Assembly: GCA_016295795.1 (NCBI GenBank)
Contig: JAEDKN010000002.1
Span: 1,734 to 65,733, forward strand
Origin: Bacilli bacterium
Lineage (GTDB): Bacteria > Bacillota_I > Bacilli_A > RF39 > UBA660
Length of the DNA stretch: 64,000 nucleotides
Reading direction: 5' to 3'
The notes under the pieces were generated by a model. That model was not told where the DNA came from and did no database searches. It worked only from the letters and a program-made list of their open reading frames with translations. This document shows positions 30,368-41,928 of this stretch, in pieces; within the stretch, counting starts at the first letter, position 1; the number at the start of each line of letters is the position of its first letter. The position numbers were made by a program, and so were the translations under genes.

Positions 30368-31703
30368 GAATAAAAAAAATATATTTAAAACTTTAATAGA
30401 TTTGTTTGATCGTTATATAATAACTCCTATAACCAAATTCATAATGAGTTTTGGTGATATGTTAAAAAACAACAAAAAAGGATTAGAAAAAGTTTTAATG
30501 AATAAACAAGCTTTATTAATTATATCCTTGGTTGCAGCTTTTGCGGTATTTTATACTGTAGATCAAAAAACTACAACTTTAGTAGATAATTCCGCTGAGG
30601 TACTATATGGGCAACCAGTAAAAGCTATTTATAACGAAGAATTATATGTGGTAGAAGGTGTTCCAAAAACTGCTGATGTGACATTGATAGGTAGAAGATG
30701 GGATGTTTATCTAGCTAAACAATATCCTGCAGATGAAATAATTCTTGACTTGCAGGACTTGAAACCAGGAACACATCGAGTAACAACAAAATACAAACAA
30801 CTTGTATCATCGGTAGAGTATAAACTTGATCCTTCTGTAGTTACCGTTGTTGTTTATGAAAAAATGTCTGCAAATAGGGAATTAACATATGATATTATCC
30901 ATAAAGATAATTTAGATACAAAATTAAATATAGAATCAGTGACTTTAAGCAGGGATACGGTAATAATAAAGGGTGCTGAATATAAACTTGAAAAGGTTGC
31001 GTCTGTTAAAGCTTTAATAGACGTTGATAATTTAAATAATCCAAAAGTAGGGAGTATAACGTTAAAAGATGTTCCTTTAGTTGCCTATGACCAACAAGGA
31101 AATGTATTGGATGTTGAAATTGTTCCTGAAAAGGTAGAAGCAACTATAAAAATTAGTTCTCCTAGTAAAACAGTACCGATAAAAATCGAAACTAAGGGAG
31201 AATTAGATAATAAGGCAATTAAATCTTTAACTTCTAATGTTTCTAGTGTAACTGTTTATGGTGCTGATCAAGCGCTAGAAGATGTTGAATATGTAACTGC
31301 AGAAATAGATATTGAAGGAATTAAAGCAAATAAAAAATATAATGTTAACTTAAAGAAACCTGCTGGGGTTAGAGAAATGAGCGTCAATAAAGTGACTATA
31401 AATATGGTTGTAGACGATATTGCAACTAAGGAAATAACCGGAGTTCGAATTAATTCATTAAATTTAGCTTCCGGATTAAAAGTTCAAGCTCTGAGCAAAG
31501 AAGATAGTAGTATAAGTGTGGTACTAAGTGGTAGTGAATCGGTAATAAAAAATATAGATGTATCTAAGATAAATGCATATATTGACTTATCTGATTTGTC
31601 GGTGGGAGAACACGAGGTTGAAATAAAGGTATCTGGTAGTGACGATAGAGTTTCTTATACTTCAAAAATTAAAAAGGTAAAGATTAGAATAAGTGCAGAA
31701 TAA
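30351..31703 (+). CDS. cdaR: CdaA regulatory protein CdaR (YbbR-domain protein)
   Basis: TM anchor and repeated YbbR-like beta domains; overlaps the cdaA stop. Confidence 0.85.
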   Translation: MKKTNKNKKNIFKTLIDLFDRYIITPITKFIMSFGDMLKNNKKGLEKVLMNKQALLIISLVAAFAVFYTVDQKTTTLVDNSAEVLYGQPVKAIYNEELYVVEGVPKTADVTLIGRRWDVYLAKQYPADEIILDLQDLKPGTHRVTTKYKQLVSSVEYKLDPSVVTVVVYEKMSANRELTYDIIHKDNLDTKLNIESVTLSRDTVIIKGAEYKLEKVASVKALIDVDNLNNPKVGSITLKDVPLVAYDQQGNVLDVEIVPEKVEATIKISSPSKTVPIKIETKGELDNKAIKSLTSNVSSVTVYGADQALEDVEYVTAEIDIEGIKANKKYNVNLKKPAGVREMSVNKVTINMVVDDIATKEITGVRINSLNLASGLKVQALSKEDSSISVVLSGSESVIKNIDVSKINAYIDLSDLSVGEHEVEIKVSGSDDRVSYTSKIKKVKIRISAE

Positions 31704-31704
31704 A

Positions 31705-31738
31705 GAAAAAGCTAAGCAAAAATTTGCTTAGCCTTTTT
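31705..31738. terminator. bidirectional terminator between cdaR and the DUF378 gene
   Basis: GCTAAGCA/TGCTTAGC stem flanked by A5 and T5. Confidence 0.65.
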
Positions 31739-31743
31739 ACTAT

Positions 31744-31935
31744 CTAATCCTCAAAAAACAAACCAATATTAATTATACCTGCGATAGCAATAATAGAATA
31801 TATTATTCTTGATATAATACTATTTGTATCTCCGAATAATGCAGTAACTAAATTGAAATCAAAAAAACCAATTAGACCCCAATTTAAAGCTCCGATTATT
31901 GTTAATACTAAAGCTATTCTTTGAAGTGTTTTCAT
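31744..31935 (-). CDS. DUF378-family small membrane protein
   Basis: IIGALNWGLIGFFDFNLVTALFG signature. Confidence 0.8.
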   Translation of the reverse strand: MKTLQRIALVLTIIGALNWGLIGFFDFNLVTALFGDTNSIISRIIYSIIAIAGIINIGLFFED

Positions 31936-32053
31936 TATAATTCCTCCTTTTATTTAATTCACTATTATAATAAACAAATATTCTGATTTTATTCGGGAAT
32001 AATAAAAAAAGATAACCATATAATTAATTGAAAACAAATATATGGGGTGAAAT

Positions 32054-33178
32054 ATGAAAAATAAAATTTTCTTTTTAGCTATTTTTTTCTTTTTATTGAT
32101 ATTGGTGGGATGTGGAAAATATGGAGAGGATGATATAATAAACGATTTAAAGAAGAAAGTAGAAAAAGCTGACAGTTATAGAATTGTTGGTGTGTTAGAA
32201 ATAACCAATAATGATGATACATATCAATATGATGTCGATGCAAGTTATAAGGAAAAAGAGAATTATCGTGTAAGTTTAACTAATAAAGCAAATAATCATG
32301 AACAAATAATCTTAAAAAATGAAGAAGGAGTATATGTTATTACACCTTCCCTAAACAAAAGCTTTAAATTTCAAAGCGATTGGCCAAAAAACAATTCTCA
32401 AATATATCTTTTAAGTTCGCTACTAGAAGATATTACAAACGATAAAGATAGGACTTTTGAAGAAATAAATGGGCAATATATATTTACTACTAAAGTAAAT
32501 TATCCGAATAATGCTCAACTTGTCAAGCAAAAAATAACACTAGATAAAGATCTAAACATTAAAACAGTTGAAGTTCTCAATTCCAATGATATACCACAAA
32601 TGATCATGACATTTAATAGTATAGACTGGAATTCTGATTTTAATGATGACTATTTTGATTTGAATAGTATAGTTGATAAGATTGAATTGAATAATGAAGG
32701 AACAAAAAATAACGAAGCGACTGAAAATAATGAAACAGAAACTAATAAAAAGGAAACAAATGATACTGGAGAAAACAACACCACTGATGCAGAAAAAAAG
32801 GAAGGAAATGGAACTACATCAACTGAGCAATCAAGTGTTATAGATGATATCATATATCCATTATATATACCTACAGGCACATCATTAACAGAACAGGAAA
32901 AGGTATCAAAAACTGATGGAGAAAGAATTATATTAACGTTTGATGGTGAAAAACCATTCTTGCTAGTAGAGGAAACAAGTAGCATAGATGAGGAATTTAG
33001 TATAATTCCAACATTTGGAGAGCCATATATGTTAACAGATACCATAGGAGCTCTTACAGAAAATTCTATAACGTGGTCGAGCAATGGAATAGATTACTAT
33101 ATTGTGTCAGATGCGATGAGTCAACTTGAATTAATAGAAATAGCAAGTTCAATAAGTGCTATTCCTACTATGAAATAA
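32054..33178 (+). CDS. lipoprotein with an N-terminal LolA-like region, a low-complexity N/E/T linker and a C-terminal domain
   Basis: Signal peptide with lipobox LILVGC; the fold assignment is a guess. Confidence 0.6.
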   Translation: MKNKIFFLAIFFFLLILVGCGKYGEDDIINDLKKKVEKADSYRIVGVLEITNNDDTYQYDVDASYKEKENYRVSLTNKANNHEQIILKNEEGVYVITPSLNKSFKFQSDWPKNNSQIYLLSSLLEDITNDKDRTFEEINGQYIFTTKVNYPNNAQLVKQKITLDKDLNIKTVEVLNSNDIPQMIMTFNSIDWNSDFNDDYFDLNSIVDKIELNNEGTKNNEATENNETETNKKETNDTGENNTTDAEKKEGNGTTSTEQSSVIDDIIYPLYIPTGTSLTEQEKVSKTDGERIILTFDGEKPFLLVEETSSIDEEFSIIPTFGEPYMLTDTIGALTENSITWSSNGIDYYIVSDAMSQLELIEIASSISAIPTMK

Positions 33179-33236
33179 ACACTTTTGTGTTTATTTTTGT
33201 TTATATTTGTGTTAAAATTGTTCTTAGGTGATTATA

Positions 33237-33755
33237 ATGAAGAATAAGAAAAGCAAAAAAGTAATCGATAGAAATTTTAAGGGAGAAGATAAAGAAGTTT
33301 CAAAGGCCATAAAAATAGTTATTGGAGTTTTGGTAGCGTTTGCTTTAATATATTTATTGGTTGCATTATTTACTGGAGAAATAAATTTAAAAAAGGAAAA
33401 AGATTCAGAGCCTGATATTCAATATGTTGAAATTCTTGCTGAGAGAACTTTTAAGCAAAAAGATAGTGATTATTTTGTTTTGTATTATGATTTTGAGAAC
33501 GAAGCTACTGCTGGTTTGTTTGACACTATTTTTGAAAGTTTAAAAGAGACTGCATCCGCATATAAGGTCGATTTAAGCAAAAAATTTAATGCAAATTATT
33601 TAGTAGAAGATAGCAAGAGTGTAGATACAACACCTGAAAATTTGGAAGAACTTAAAGTGAAAAATCCTACTTTGATTAGGATAAAAGATGGGAAGGTTGA
33701 CAAATTTGTAAATGGAGTTGAAAACATTAAAAATTATTCATTAAAATTAAAATAA
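33237..33755 (+). CDS. hypothetical membrane-anchored protein
   Basis: Basic N-terminus, one TM helix, ~120-aa extracytoplasmic domain; ATG 33237 follows AGGTGA. Confidence 0.5.
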   Translation: MKNKKSKKVIDRNFKGEDKEVSKAIKIVIGVLVAFALIYLLVALFTGEINLKKEKDSEPDIQYVEILAERTFKQKDSDYFVLYYDFENEATAGLFDTIFESLKETASAYKVDLSKKFNANYLVEDSKSVDTTPENLEELKVKNPTLIRIKDGKVDKFVNGVENIKNYSLKLK

Positions 33756-33765
33756 GAGGTGCCAG

Positions 33766-35187
33766 ATGGAAAAAGAAGATTCAAAAAGGGAAGTAAATAA
33801 AAAGAAAAATGTTGCTCAGACGCAAACTTTTAACAAAACAAGTGATTTAAGTAAAAGAGGCAAATCAAAGTCTAAAAATCATAATGTGCTTCAAAACGAA
33901 AAAGAAAATTTAAAAGATGAAACGTCAAAAAGAGCCAAAGAAAATACTAGAAATAAATTTAGCAATATTTTTAAGAAAATCAACTCTAAGAAAAAGGTTG
34001 AAAAGCAAAGGGCTAAATTCAATTTATTAGAAGTTATAATAATAATGATAATAACCGCAGTATGTGCTATCACAATAACAATAAAAGTTTCATATGCAAT
34101 AAATAAAACACCAAAGAAGATAATGACAGAAGCAGAATTAGTAGAGTTAGTAGAAACATATGAATCTATAGTGGATGATTATTATGAAGACGTTGATAAA
34201 AATGAATTGATTGATGCAGCTATTTCCGGAATGATAGAATACTTAGATGATCCATATTCGACATATTTGGACGAAGACAAAAGTGCTTCTTTTAATGAGG
34301 AACTAGAAGGGGAATATGTTGGAATGGGGGGAGAAATAACTTTTTCTAAAGAAGGAAAAATTTATATCACTAAGATTTTTGAAAATAGTCCAGCAGCTTC
34401 AGCGGGTTTGAAAGTAAAAGATATAATTACTAAAATAGATGGTAAAAGTGTAGAAGGAATGAATCTTAATGAAGTTTCCGACTTAATAAAAGGTAAAAGT
34501 GGAACAAAAGTTGAATTAACAATACTTAGAGAAGGAAAAGAAGAAACGATAGAAGTTACTAGAGGGAAGGTGGACATAGAGTCTGTTACCTCTAAGATAA
34601 TATCTAAGGGTGATAAAGAGATAGGTGTAATAAATATCTCGGTATTTGCAAATAACACTTATGATCAATTTGTCAAAGTGGAAAAAGAATTAGAAGAATC
34701 AGGTATTGACTCGCTAATATTAGATTTAAGAGGAAATAGTGGAGGATATTTAACGACGGTTAAATCTATTGCAGAATTGTTTCTTAATAAAAATGATATA
34801 ATATATCAATTAGATACAAAAGGTAAGATAGAAAAAGTTATAAATAAAAAGGATCCGACAATTAAATTAAAGACTGCGGTTTTGGTAAATAAAGCAAGCG
34901 CTTCTGCTTCTGAGATATTGATGGCTGCATTAAAAGAGAATTTGTCATCGCCTGTTATAGGGGTTACCACTTATGGAAAAGGAAAGGTTCAAAAAACTAG
35001 AACTCTTTCTAGTGGAGCCATGATAAAATATACTATACAAAATTGGCTTACTCCGGAGGGCAATGAAATTGAAGGAAAGGGAGTTACACCTACGGATGAA
35101 GTGGAACTTGATGAAAAGTACTATGTTAATCCTACTGATGAAAATGATAATCAATTACAAAAAGCATTAGAAATAATGAGTAAATAA
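33766..35187 (+). CDS. S41-family carboxy-terminal processing protease (PDZ domain)
   Basis: TM anchor, PDZ (GGEITFSKEGKIYITKIFENSPAASAGLK), LDLRGNSGGYL, ASASASEIL. Confidence 0.88.
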   Translation: MEKEDSKREVNKKKNVAQTQTFNKTSDLSKRGKSKSKNHNVLQNEKENLKDETSKRAKENTRNKFSNIFKKINSKKKVEKQRAKFNLLEVIIIMIITAVCAITITIKVSYAINKTPKKIMTEAELVELVETYESIVDDYYEDVDKNELIDAAISGMIEYLDDPYSTYLDEDKSASFNEELEGEYVGMGGEITFSKEGKIYITKIFENSPAASAGLKVKDIITKIDGKSVEGMNLNEVSDLIKGKSGTKVELTILREGKEETIEVTRGKVDIESVTSKIISKGDKEIGVINISVFANNTYDQFVKVEKELEESGIDSLILDLRGNSGGYLTTVKSIAELFLNKNDIIYQLDTKGKIEKVINKKDPTIKLKTAVLVNKASASASEILMAALKENLSSPVIGVTTYGKGKVQKTRTLSSGAMIKYTIQNWLTPEGNEIEGKGVTPTDEVELDEKYYVNPTDENDNQLQKALEIMSK

Positions 35188-35225
35188 TTTTACTTATTAT
35201 TTCTTTTATTTTATTAAAAAAAGGG

Positions 35226-35255
35226 TTGATTTCCTTAATGGTAATGTGTTATAAT
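35226..35255 (+). promoter_or_regulatory. S10 operon promoter
   Basis: TTGATT (35226-35231), 18 nt, TGtTATAAT extended -10 (35247-35255); followed by a ~120-nt leader. Confidence 0.6.
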
Positions 35256-35379
35256 TTAGTACGTGTGACTGGCTTAGATGTGTGAGGTTGCTGATACACC
35301 AGGATAAGTTGATAAATTAAATCAGGTTATTTACACGGAGCAAGTCTATACCAAGATATAGGCGAAGGGAGGATATGAA

Positions 35380-35685
35380 ATGTCAAATAGAGTTCGTATC
35401 AAATTAAAAGCATATGATCATAGAATACTTGATAATGCAACGACTAAAATTGTAGAAACTGCAAAAAGAATGAATAGTGAAATAAGTGGACCAGTACCAC
35501 TACCAACAGAAGTTGAAAAATACACTATTTTAAGAGCTGTACATAAGTACAAAGATTCACGTGAGCAGTTTGAAATGCGTACACACAAGAGGTTGATTGA
35601 TATTAAAAATCCAAGTAAAGAGTTAATAGATGCATTGGCTCATTTAGATATACCAAGTGGTGTGGACATTCAAATTAAATTATAA
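35380..35685 (+). CDS. rpsJ: 30S ribosomal protein S10
   Basis: S10 translation. Confidence 0.98.
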   Translation: MSNRVRIKLKAYDHRILDNATTKIVETAKRMNSEISGPVPLPTEVEKYTILRAVHKYKDSREQFEMRTHKRLIDIKNPSKELIDALAHLDIPSGVDIQIKL

Positions 35686-35704
35686 AATATAGGAGGAACA
35701 AGAA

Positions 35705-36442
35705 ATGAAAGGAATCTTAGGAAAAAAGGTTGGAATGACTCAAGTTTTTGCTAAGAACGGTAAACTAATTCCTGTTACTGTTGTGGAAGTAGAGCCAAAT
35801 GTGGTTACTCAAATTAAAACAGTAGAGAAAGACGGTTATGATGCGATTCAATTGGGCGCAATAACTGTTAGAGAAAAAGTTTCGAATAAGCCAAAAACAG
35901 GTCATACTAACAAAGCAAACACTGCTCCTAAGCGCTTCTTAAAAGAAATCAGAGGAGTAAATGTTGAAGAATATACTTTGGGGCAAGTAATTGATGCTAG
36001 TATTTTTAAAGAAGGGGAAATTGTTGACGTAAGTGGAATCAGTAAAGGAAAAGGGTTCCAGGGTGTTATTAAACGTCACAATCAATCACGTGGTCCAATG
36101 GGACACGGTTCTCAGTATCATAGAGGAGTAGGTTCTCTAGGTACAATGTTACCTATGCACGTATTAAAAGGTAAAAAACTACCTGGCCATATGGGAAATG
36201 TTGCTTCAACTATTCAAAATTTGGAAGTTGTTGCAGTTGATTTAGAAAATAATGTTATCTTAATAAAAGGTAATGTTCCAGGTCCAAAAAAATCTTTAGT
36301 TATGATCAAAACTTCAGTTAAAAAAGGAGAAAAAGTAAATCCTGCAGAAGAATTGATTAGCTACGAAATAATTGAAGAAAATACTGAAGTAGCTGATGAT
36401 GAACAAGTACAAACTGAAGAAACACAGACTACTGAAGAATAA
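35705..36442 (+). CDS. rplC: 50S ribosomal protein L3 (with an acidic C-terminal extension)
   Basis: L3 translation. Confidence 0.98.
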   Translation: MKGILGKKVGMTQVFAKNGKLIPVTVVEVEPNVVTQIKTVEKDGYDAIQLGAITVREKVSNKPKTGHTNKANTAPKRFLKEIRGVNVEEYTLGQVIDASIFKEGEIVDVSGISKGKGFQGVIKRHNQSRGPMGHGSQYHRGVGSLGTMLPMHVLKGKKLPGHMGNVASTIQNLEVVAVDLENNVILIKGNVPGPKKSLVMIKTSVKKGEKVNPAEELISYEIIEENTEVADDEQVQTEETQTTEE

Positions 36443-36494
36443 TCATCACAAAACAATACAAAGAAATTAAAATGTGATGAAAGGAGGAAATAAA

Positions 36495-37115
36495 ATGGAA
36501 AAACAAGCAATTGTAAATTTAAATGGCGAAAAGATTAAAGATAGAAAACTTAACGAAAATATATTTGCTATTGAGCCTAATAATAAAGTTTTATATGATG
36601 CCATAATATTAGCTAGAGCATCATTAAGACAAGGAACTCATAGTACAAAAACACGTGCAGAAGTAAGTGGCGGTGGAAGAAAACCATGGCGCCAAAAAGG
36701 AACAGGTCACGCTAGACAAGGTTCTATTAGAGCTGTTCAATGGAGGGGTGGCGGAATTGCGTTTGGCCCAACTCCTAGAGATTATTCTAAAAAAATGAAT
36801 CGCAAAGAGAGAAGATTGGCATTAAAGAGCGCTTTAGCTATTAAGGCTCAAGATATGGTTATTGTTGAGGAGTTAAAATTATCTACTCCTAAAACAAAAG
36901 ATATGAAGAATCTTCTTGCAAATTTAAAATTAGAAGATACTAAAACTTTAATAATTGTTAAAGAATTGGATGAAAACATAATATTAGCTTCTAGAAATCT
37001 ACAAAATGTAGCGTTGCTTGAAGCTAGAGAAATAAATGTATTGGATTTGATTGCTGCAGACAAGATTTTGATAACTGATGAGGCATTAAGTTCTATAGAG
37101 GAGGTGCTAGCATAA
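36495..37115 (+). CDS. rplD: 50S ribosomal protein L4
   Basis: L4 translation; ATG 36495 follows AAGGAGG. Confidence 0.97.
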   Translation: MEKQAIVNLNGEKIKDRKLNENIFAIEPNNKVLYDAIILARASLRQGTHSTKTRAEVSGGGRKPWRQKGTGHARQGSIRAVQWRGGGIAFGPTPRDYSKKMNRKERRLALKSALAIKAQDMVIVEELKLSTPKTKDMKNLLANLKLEDTKTLIIVKELDENIILASRNLQNVALLEAREINVLDLIAADKILITDEALSSIEEVLA

Positions 37116-37399
37116 TGGATACTAAATATTTAGAGATTATTAAAGCACCAGTTATTACTGAAAAGAGTGCTAATATGGCACAAAATGAAGGAAAATATGC
37201 TTTTAAGGTTAATCCAAAAGCAAATAAAACAGAAATTAAACAAGCTATTGAAAAAATATTCAATGTTAAGGTTGTTGAAATTTCTACGATTAATGAAAAA
37301 CCAAAGAAAAGAAGAGTGGGCCGTTATAGTGGACTTAGCAATCGTAGTAAAAAAGCAATTGTTAAATTAGCTGAAGGTCAAACTATCGATCTTGGTTAG
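37115..37399 (+). CDS. rplW: 50S ribosomal protein L23
   Basis: L23 translation. Confidence 0.97.
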   Translation: MDTKYLEIIKAPVITEKSANMAQNEGKYAFKVNPKANKTEIKQAIEKIFNVKVVEISTINEKPKKRRVGRYSGLSNRSKKAIVKLAEGQTIDLG

Positions 37400-37413
37400 A
37401 AGGAGGGTTACTT

Positions 37414-38244
37414 ATGGCAATTAGAAATTATAAACCAACTACCAATGGTAGACGTAAAATGAGTACCTTAATTAATACTGAAATTACTACAGATACTCCG
37501 GAAAAAAGTTTATTGGTTACATTAAAGAAAAACGGTGGACGTAATAACCAGGGAAGAATAACTACTAGACATAAAGGCGGAGGAGCTAAAAGAAAATATA
37601 GAATTATTGATTTTAAAAGAAATAAAAGAGACATAGTTGGCGTTGTAGCTTCAATCGAATATGATCCTAATAGAAGCGCAAATATTGCGTTAATTAATTA
37701 TAAAGATGGAGAAAAAAGATACATTATTGCTCCAAAAGATTTAAAAGTCGGCATGGAAATAATGAGCGGTGAAAACGCTGATATCAAGGTTGGAAATGCA
37801 TTGCCAATCAAAAACATCCCAGTTGGTACTGTTATCCATAATATAGAATTAAAACCTGGAAAAGGTGGAGAACTTGCACGTTCTGCTGGAGCCTCAGCTC
37901 AAATCCTTGGACGTGAAGGAAATTATGTAATGGTTCGTTTATCTAGTGGTGAGCAAAGAAAGATTTTAGGAACTTGCTATGCCACTGTTGGAGAAGTTGG
38001 AAATGAAGATTACGAACTTGTTAAATTAGGAAAAGCTGGACGCAGTCGTCATTTAGGTATCAAACCTACGGTTCGTGGTTCAGTTATGAATCCTAATGAC
38101 CATCCACACGGTGGTGGTGAGGGTCGTGCGCCAATCGGACGCAAAGGACCAGTTACTCCTTGGGGTAAACCAGCACTTGGATATAAAACTCGTAAAAAGA
38201 AAGCATCAGATAAACTAATAGTTCGTCGTCGTAATGGTAAGTAA
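37414..38244 (+). CDS. rplB: 50S ribosomal protein L2
   Basis: L2 translation ([12 protein letters not shown]). Confidence 0.98.
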   Translation: MAIRNYKPTTNGRRKMSTLINTEITTDTPEKSLLVTLKKNGGRNNQGRITTRHKGGGAKRKYRIIDFKRNKRDIVGVVASIEYDPNRSANIALINYKDGEKRYIIAPKDLKVGMEIMSGENADIKVGNALPIKNIPVGTVIHNIELKPGKGGELARSAGASAQILGREGNYVMVRLSSGEQRKILGTCYATVGEVGNEDYELVKLGKAGRSRHLGIKPTVRGSVMNPNDHPHGGGEGRAPIGRKGPVTPWGKPALGYKTRKKKASDKLIVRRRNGK

Positions 38245-38257
38245 GGAGGAAAAATAA

Positions 38258-38527
38258 ATGAGTAGAAGTTTAAAAAAAGGGCCTTATGTTTTTGATAGAT
38301 TATTGAAAAAGGTCGAAGAATTAAACAAAAGTGGTAAGAAAGAAGTTATTAAAACATGGTCACGTCGTTCAACTATATTTCCTGCCTTCATCGGACACAC
38401 TTTTGCAGTTCATAATGGAAAAGAATTTATTCCTGTATATGTAACTGAAGATATGGTAGGTCACAAATTGGGAGAGTTTGCATTGACTCGTAAATTTGGT
38501 GGTCACGGCGATAATAAAAAGAAATAA
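38258..38527 (+). CDS. rpsS: 30S ribosomal protein S19
   Basis: S19 translation. Confidence 0.98.
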   Translation: MSRSLKKGPYVFDRLLKKVEELNKSGKKEVIKTWSRRSTIFPAFIGHTFAVHNGKEFIPVYVTEDMVGHKLGEFALTRKFGGHGDNKKK

Positions 38528-38546
38528 TGACTAGGAGGAAAATAAT

Positions 38547-38879
38547 ATGGAAGCAAGAGCAATCGCAAAAACTCTTAGAGTATCACCTATTAAAGCAAGA
38601 TTGGTTGTTGATTTAATTCGTGGTAAAGATGTTAATGTTGCATTAAACATATTAAACAATATGAATAAAAAGCCAGCTAGGCTTACAAAAAAAGTTTTAG
38701 ATTCAGCAGTTGCAAATGCAGTTAATAATAATGGTGCAAAAGCTGAAGAATTATATGTAAAAGAAGCAAGAGTAGATGCAGGTCCTGTAATGAAAAGACA
38801 CATGTTTGATTCACGTAGTCATATAGGACACAACGATAAAAGAACTAGTCACATTGTTATTACTGTGGCTAGCAAATAA
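38547..38879 (+). CDS. rplV: 50S ribosomal protein L22
   Basis: L22 translation. Confidence 0.98.
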   Translation: MEARAIAKTLRVSPIKARLVVDLIRGKDVNVALNILNNMNKKPARLTKKVLDSAVANAVNNNGAKAEELYVKEARVDAGPVMKRHMFDSRSHIGHNDKRTSHIVITVASK

Positions 38880-38896
38880 TCTGTAAGGAGGTTAAT

Positions 38897-39550
38897 ATGG
38901 GTCAAAAAGTTAGTCCAATTGGACTTAGAATTGGAATAAATAAAGACTGGGAAGCTAAATGGTATGCAAATAACAATAATTTTTCTAAGTATTTAGAAAA
39001 TGATATGAAAATTCGTAAATTCTTAGATAAAAAGTTAAAAGATGCATCAATTAGCAAAGTTGAAATAGAAAGAAATAATAAGAAAACCGAATTAACTATT
39101 CACACTTCTAAACCAGGAATAATTATTGGACGTGGCGGAGAAGAAATCGAAAAGTTAAAGAAAGAAATATCAACTTTAGTTGGAGAAAACGTTCAAATTT
39201 CAATTGTTGATATTAAAAAACCAGAAATTGATGCTAATTTAGTAGCACAATCTATAGCTAATCAAATAGAAAACAGAGCATCATTCCGTATGGCACAAAA
39301 AAGGGCAATTAGAAATGCCATGAAAAATGGTGTTAAAGGAATTAAGACTTTGGTATCTGGAAGATTAGGTGGTGCTGATATGGCACGTAGTGAAGGATAT
39401 ACCGAAGGAACTATTCCACTACATACATTAAGAGCTGATATTGATTATGCAACAAGTGAAGCAGATACAACATATGGAAAAATCGGAATTAAAGTATGGA
39501 TTTATAAAGGAGAAATTCTTCAAGATAAAAAGGCTAAAGGAGGTAATTAA
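38897..39550 (+). CDS. rpsC: 30S ribosomal protein S3
   Basis: S3 translation. Confidence 0.98.
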   Translation: MGQKVSPIGLRIGINKDWEAKWYANNNNFSKYLENDMKIRKFLDKKLKDASISKVEIERNNKKTELTIHTSKPGIIIGRGGEEIEKLKKEISTLVGENVQISIVDIKKPEIDANLVAQSIANQIENRASFRMAQKRAIRNAMKNGVKGIKTLVSGRLGGADMARSEGYTEGTIPLHTLRADIDYATSEADTTYGKIGIKVWIYKGEILQDKKAKGGN

Positions 39551-39552
39551 AG

Positions 39553-39987
39553 ATGGCACTAATACCAGCAAGAACAAAATATCGTCGTGTTCATAGATTA
39601 CCTTACGAAGGTCATGCAAAAGGAAATACAACATTAAGTTTTGGTGAATATGGTTTGCAAGCAAAAGAGGGAGCTTGGATTACTTCAAATCAAATTGAAG
39701 CAGCTCGTATTGCTATGACACGTTATATGAAACGTGGAGGAAAAGTATGGATAAATATTTTCCCACATTTACCATTAACTCAGAAACCTTTAGGAACACG
39801 TCAAGGAAAAGGAAAAGGTAATGTTGAAAAATGGGTTGCAGTTGTTAAAGAAGGAAAAATAATGTTTGAAATAGCTGGAGTTGATGAGGCTACAGCTAGG
39901 GAAGCACTAAGACTTGCTTCACATAAGTTACCAATTAAAACAAAATTTGTAATGAAAGAAAATGGTGGTGATAAAAATGAAGGTTAA
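39553..39987 (+). CDS. rplP: 50S ribosomal protein L16
   Basis: L16 translation. Confidence 0.98.
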   Translation: MALIPARTKYRRVHRLPYEGHAKGNTTLSFGEYGLQAKEGAWITSNQIEAARIAMTRYMKRGGKVWINIFPHLPLTQKPLGTRQGKGKGNVEKWVAVVKEGKIMFEIAGVDEATAREALRLASHKLPIKTKFVMKENGGDKNEG

Positions 39988-40171
39988 TGAAATAAGAAAT
40001 CTAACCACTGAAGAAATAAATGCAAAGATAAAAGAAACTAAAGAAGAATTATTTAATTTACGTTTTCAACAAGCAACCGGAAACTTAGAAAAACCTTCAA
40101 GAATAAGAGAATTAAGACATCTAGTCGCTAGACTTAAAACAGTTCTACGCGAACGTGAGTTAAAGGATTAG
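39977..40171 (+). CDS. rpmC: 50S ribosomal protein L29
   Basis: [18 protein letters not shown]...; ATG 39977 overlaps the rplP end. Confidence 0.95.
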   Translation: MKVNEIRNLTTEEINAKIKETKEELFNLRFQQATGNLEKPSRIRELRHLVARLKTVLRERELKD

Positions 40172-40180
40172 GGAGGCACT

Positions 40181-40438
40181 ATGGAAAAGGTAAGAAAAGA
40201 ACTAGTTGGAAAAGTTGTAAGTGATAAGAACAACAAAACTATTACCGTTTTAGTTGAAACTTATAAAAAACATCCATTGTATGGCAAGAGAGTTAAGTAT
40301 TCTAAGAAATATGCTGTACATGATGAATCTAATAAGGCAAAAGTAGGAGATATAGTTAGAATAGTTGAAACTAGACCACTTTCTGCTACTAAAAGATTTT
40401 ATTTAAAAGAAATAGTAAAAGAAGCAGTTATTTTATAA
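40181..40438 (+). CDS. rpsQ: 30S ribosomal protein S17
   Basis: S17 translation. Confidence 0.97.
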   Translation: MEKVRKELVGKVVSDKNNKTITVLVETYKKHPLYGKRVKYSKKYAVHDESNKAKVGDIVRIVETRPLSATKRFYLKEIVKEAVIL

Positions 40439-40462
40439 CTCTTAGGTGAAGGAGGATTAATT

Positions 40463-40831
40463 ATGATTCAACAAGAAAGTCGTTTAAAAGTTGCAGACAA
40501 TTCAGGTGCAAAAGAACTTTTAGTTATTCGTGTGCTTGGTGGAAGCAAAGTAAAAACTGGTAATATCGGGGACATAGTTGTTGGTACAATTAAAAAAGCC
40601 ACACCTAATGGAACTGTGAAAAAAGGCAAAGTTGTTAAAGCGGTTGTTGTTAGAAGTAAGTTTGGTACTAGAAGACCTGACGGAAGCTATATCAAATTTG
40701 ATGACAATGCATGCGTAATTATTAAAGATGACAAGAGTCCAGTAGGAACTCGTATCTTTGGACCTGTAGCACGTGAACTTCGTGATGCAGATTACATGAA
40801 AATAGTATCTTTAGCTAAAGAAGTGCTATAA
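40463..40831 (+). CDS. rplN: 50S ribosomal protein L14
   Basis: [18 protein letters not shown]... Confidence 0.98.
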   Translation: MIQQESRLKVADNSGAKELLVIRVLGGSKVKTGNIGDIVVGTIKKATPNGTVKKGKVVKAVVVRSKFGTRRPDGSYIKFDDNACVIIKDDKSPVGTRIFGPVARELRDADYMKIVSLAKEVL

Positions 40832-40842
40832 AGGAGGATATT

Positions 40843-41151
40843 ATGAACTTTAAAGTAGGAGATAAAGTCGTAGTAATTGCTGGATCTAGTAAAGGAAAAG
40901 AAGGAAAAATTACTAAAGTTTTAAGAAAAGAAAACAAAGTAATTGTTGAAGGATGCAACATAATTAAAAAGCATAAAAAACCAACTCAGAATGAAACTGG
41001 TGGTATTCTAGAAATAGAAGCACCAATTCATGCTTCAAATGTTATGATTATAGATCCTAAAACAAAGAAGAGAACTAGAATCGGACATACTATTGATAAA
41101 AACAATAAAAAAATAAGAATAACTAAAAAATCAAATGAAAAGATTGATTAG
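40843..41151 (+). CDS. rplX: 50S ribosomal protein L24
   Basis: KOW motif VGDKVVVIAGSSKGKEGKI. Confidence 0.97.
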   Translation: MNFKVGDKVVVIAGSSKGKEGKITKVLRKENKVIVEGCNIIKKHKKPTQNETGGILEIEAPIHASNVMIIDPKTKKRTRIGHTIDKNNKKIRITKKSNEKID

Positions 41152-41169
41152 TGGAAGGAGGGTAACGAG

Positions 41170-41709
41170 ATGAACCGCCTAAAAGAAAAGTATTTAAATG
41201 AAATTGTTCCAAGTTTAACAAAAAAACACAATTATAAATCAGTAATGGAAGTTCCAAAATTAGAAAAAATCGTTATTAATATTGGAGTTGGAGATGCTAC
41301 TAGTAATTCGAAATTATTAGAAGCTGCTGTTCATGATCTTGAACTTATATCTGGTCAGAAGCCAGTTATAACGAAAGCAAAAAAATCTGTTGCTGGATTT
41401 AAAGTAAGAGAAGGTCAATCAATTGGATGTAAAGTTACATTAAGAGGAGATAATATGTATAATTTTATGGATAAGTTAGTGTCTGTTGGACTTCCTCGTG
41501 TAAGAGATTTCCACGGAGTATCACCAAAAGCTTTTGATGGTCGTGGTAATTATACTCTTGGAATTAAAGAACAATTGATTTTCTCAGAAATTGAATATGA
41601 TAACGTTGTAAAAGTTCGCGGTATGGATATAGTTTTTGTAACAACCGCTAAAACTAATGAAGAAGCCTATGATTTATTAGATGAACTTGGAATTCCATTT
41701 AGAAAGTAA
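41170..41709 (+). CDS. rplE: 50S ribosomal protein L5
   Basis: L5 translation. Confidence 0.98.
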   Translation: MNRLKEKYLNEIVPSLTKKHNYKSVMEVPKLEKIVINIGVGDATSNSKLLEAAVHDLELISGQKPVITKAKKSVAGFKVREGQSIGCKVTLRGDNMYNFMDKLVSVGLPRVRDFHGVSPKAFDGRGNYTLGIKEQLIFSEIEYDNVVKVRGMDIVFVTTAKTNEEAYDLLDELGIPFRK

Positions 41710-41723
41710 TTGGAGGGTAAATA

Positions 41724-41909
41724 ATGGCAAAAAAAAGTATGATTGTGAAAGCTAACAAAAAGCAAAAGTTTAAGGTTCGTGAATATACACGTTGTAAACA
41801 ATGCGGGAGACCACATGCTGTTATGAGCAAATTTGGAATATGTCGTATTTGCTTTAGAGAATTAGCTTATAAAGGACAAATACCAGGTGTAAAAAAATCA
41901 AGCTGGTAA
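41724..41909 (+). CDS. rpsN: 30S ribosomal protein S14, zinc-binding type Z (61 aa)
   Basis: CKQC...CRIC Cys4 motif. Confidence 0.96.
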   Translation: MAKKSMIVKANKKQKFKVREYTRCKQCGRPHAVMSKFGICRICFRELAYKGQIPGVKKSSW

Positions 41910-41928
41910 TTGGGAAGGAGGATAAATA

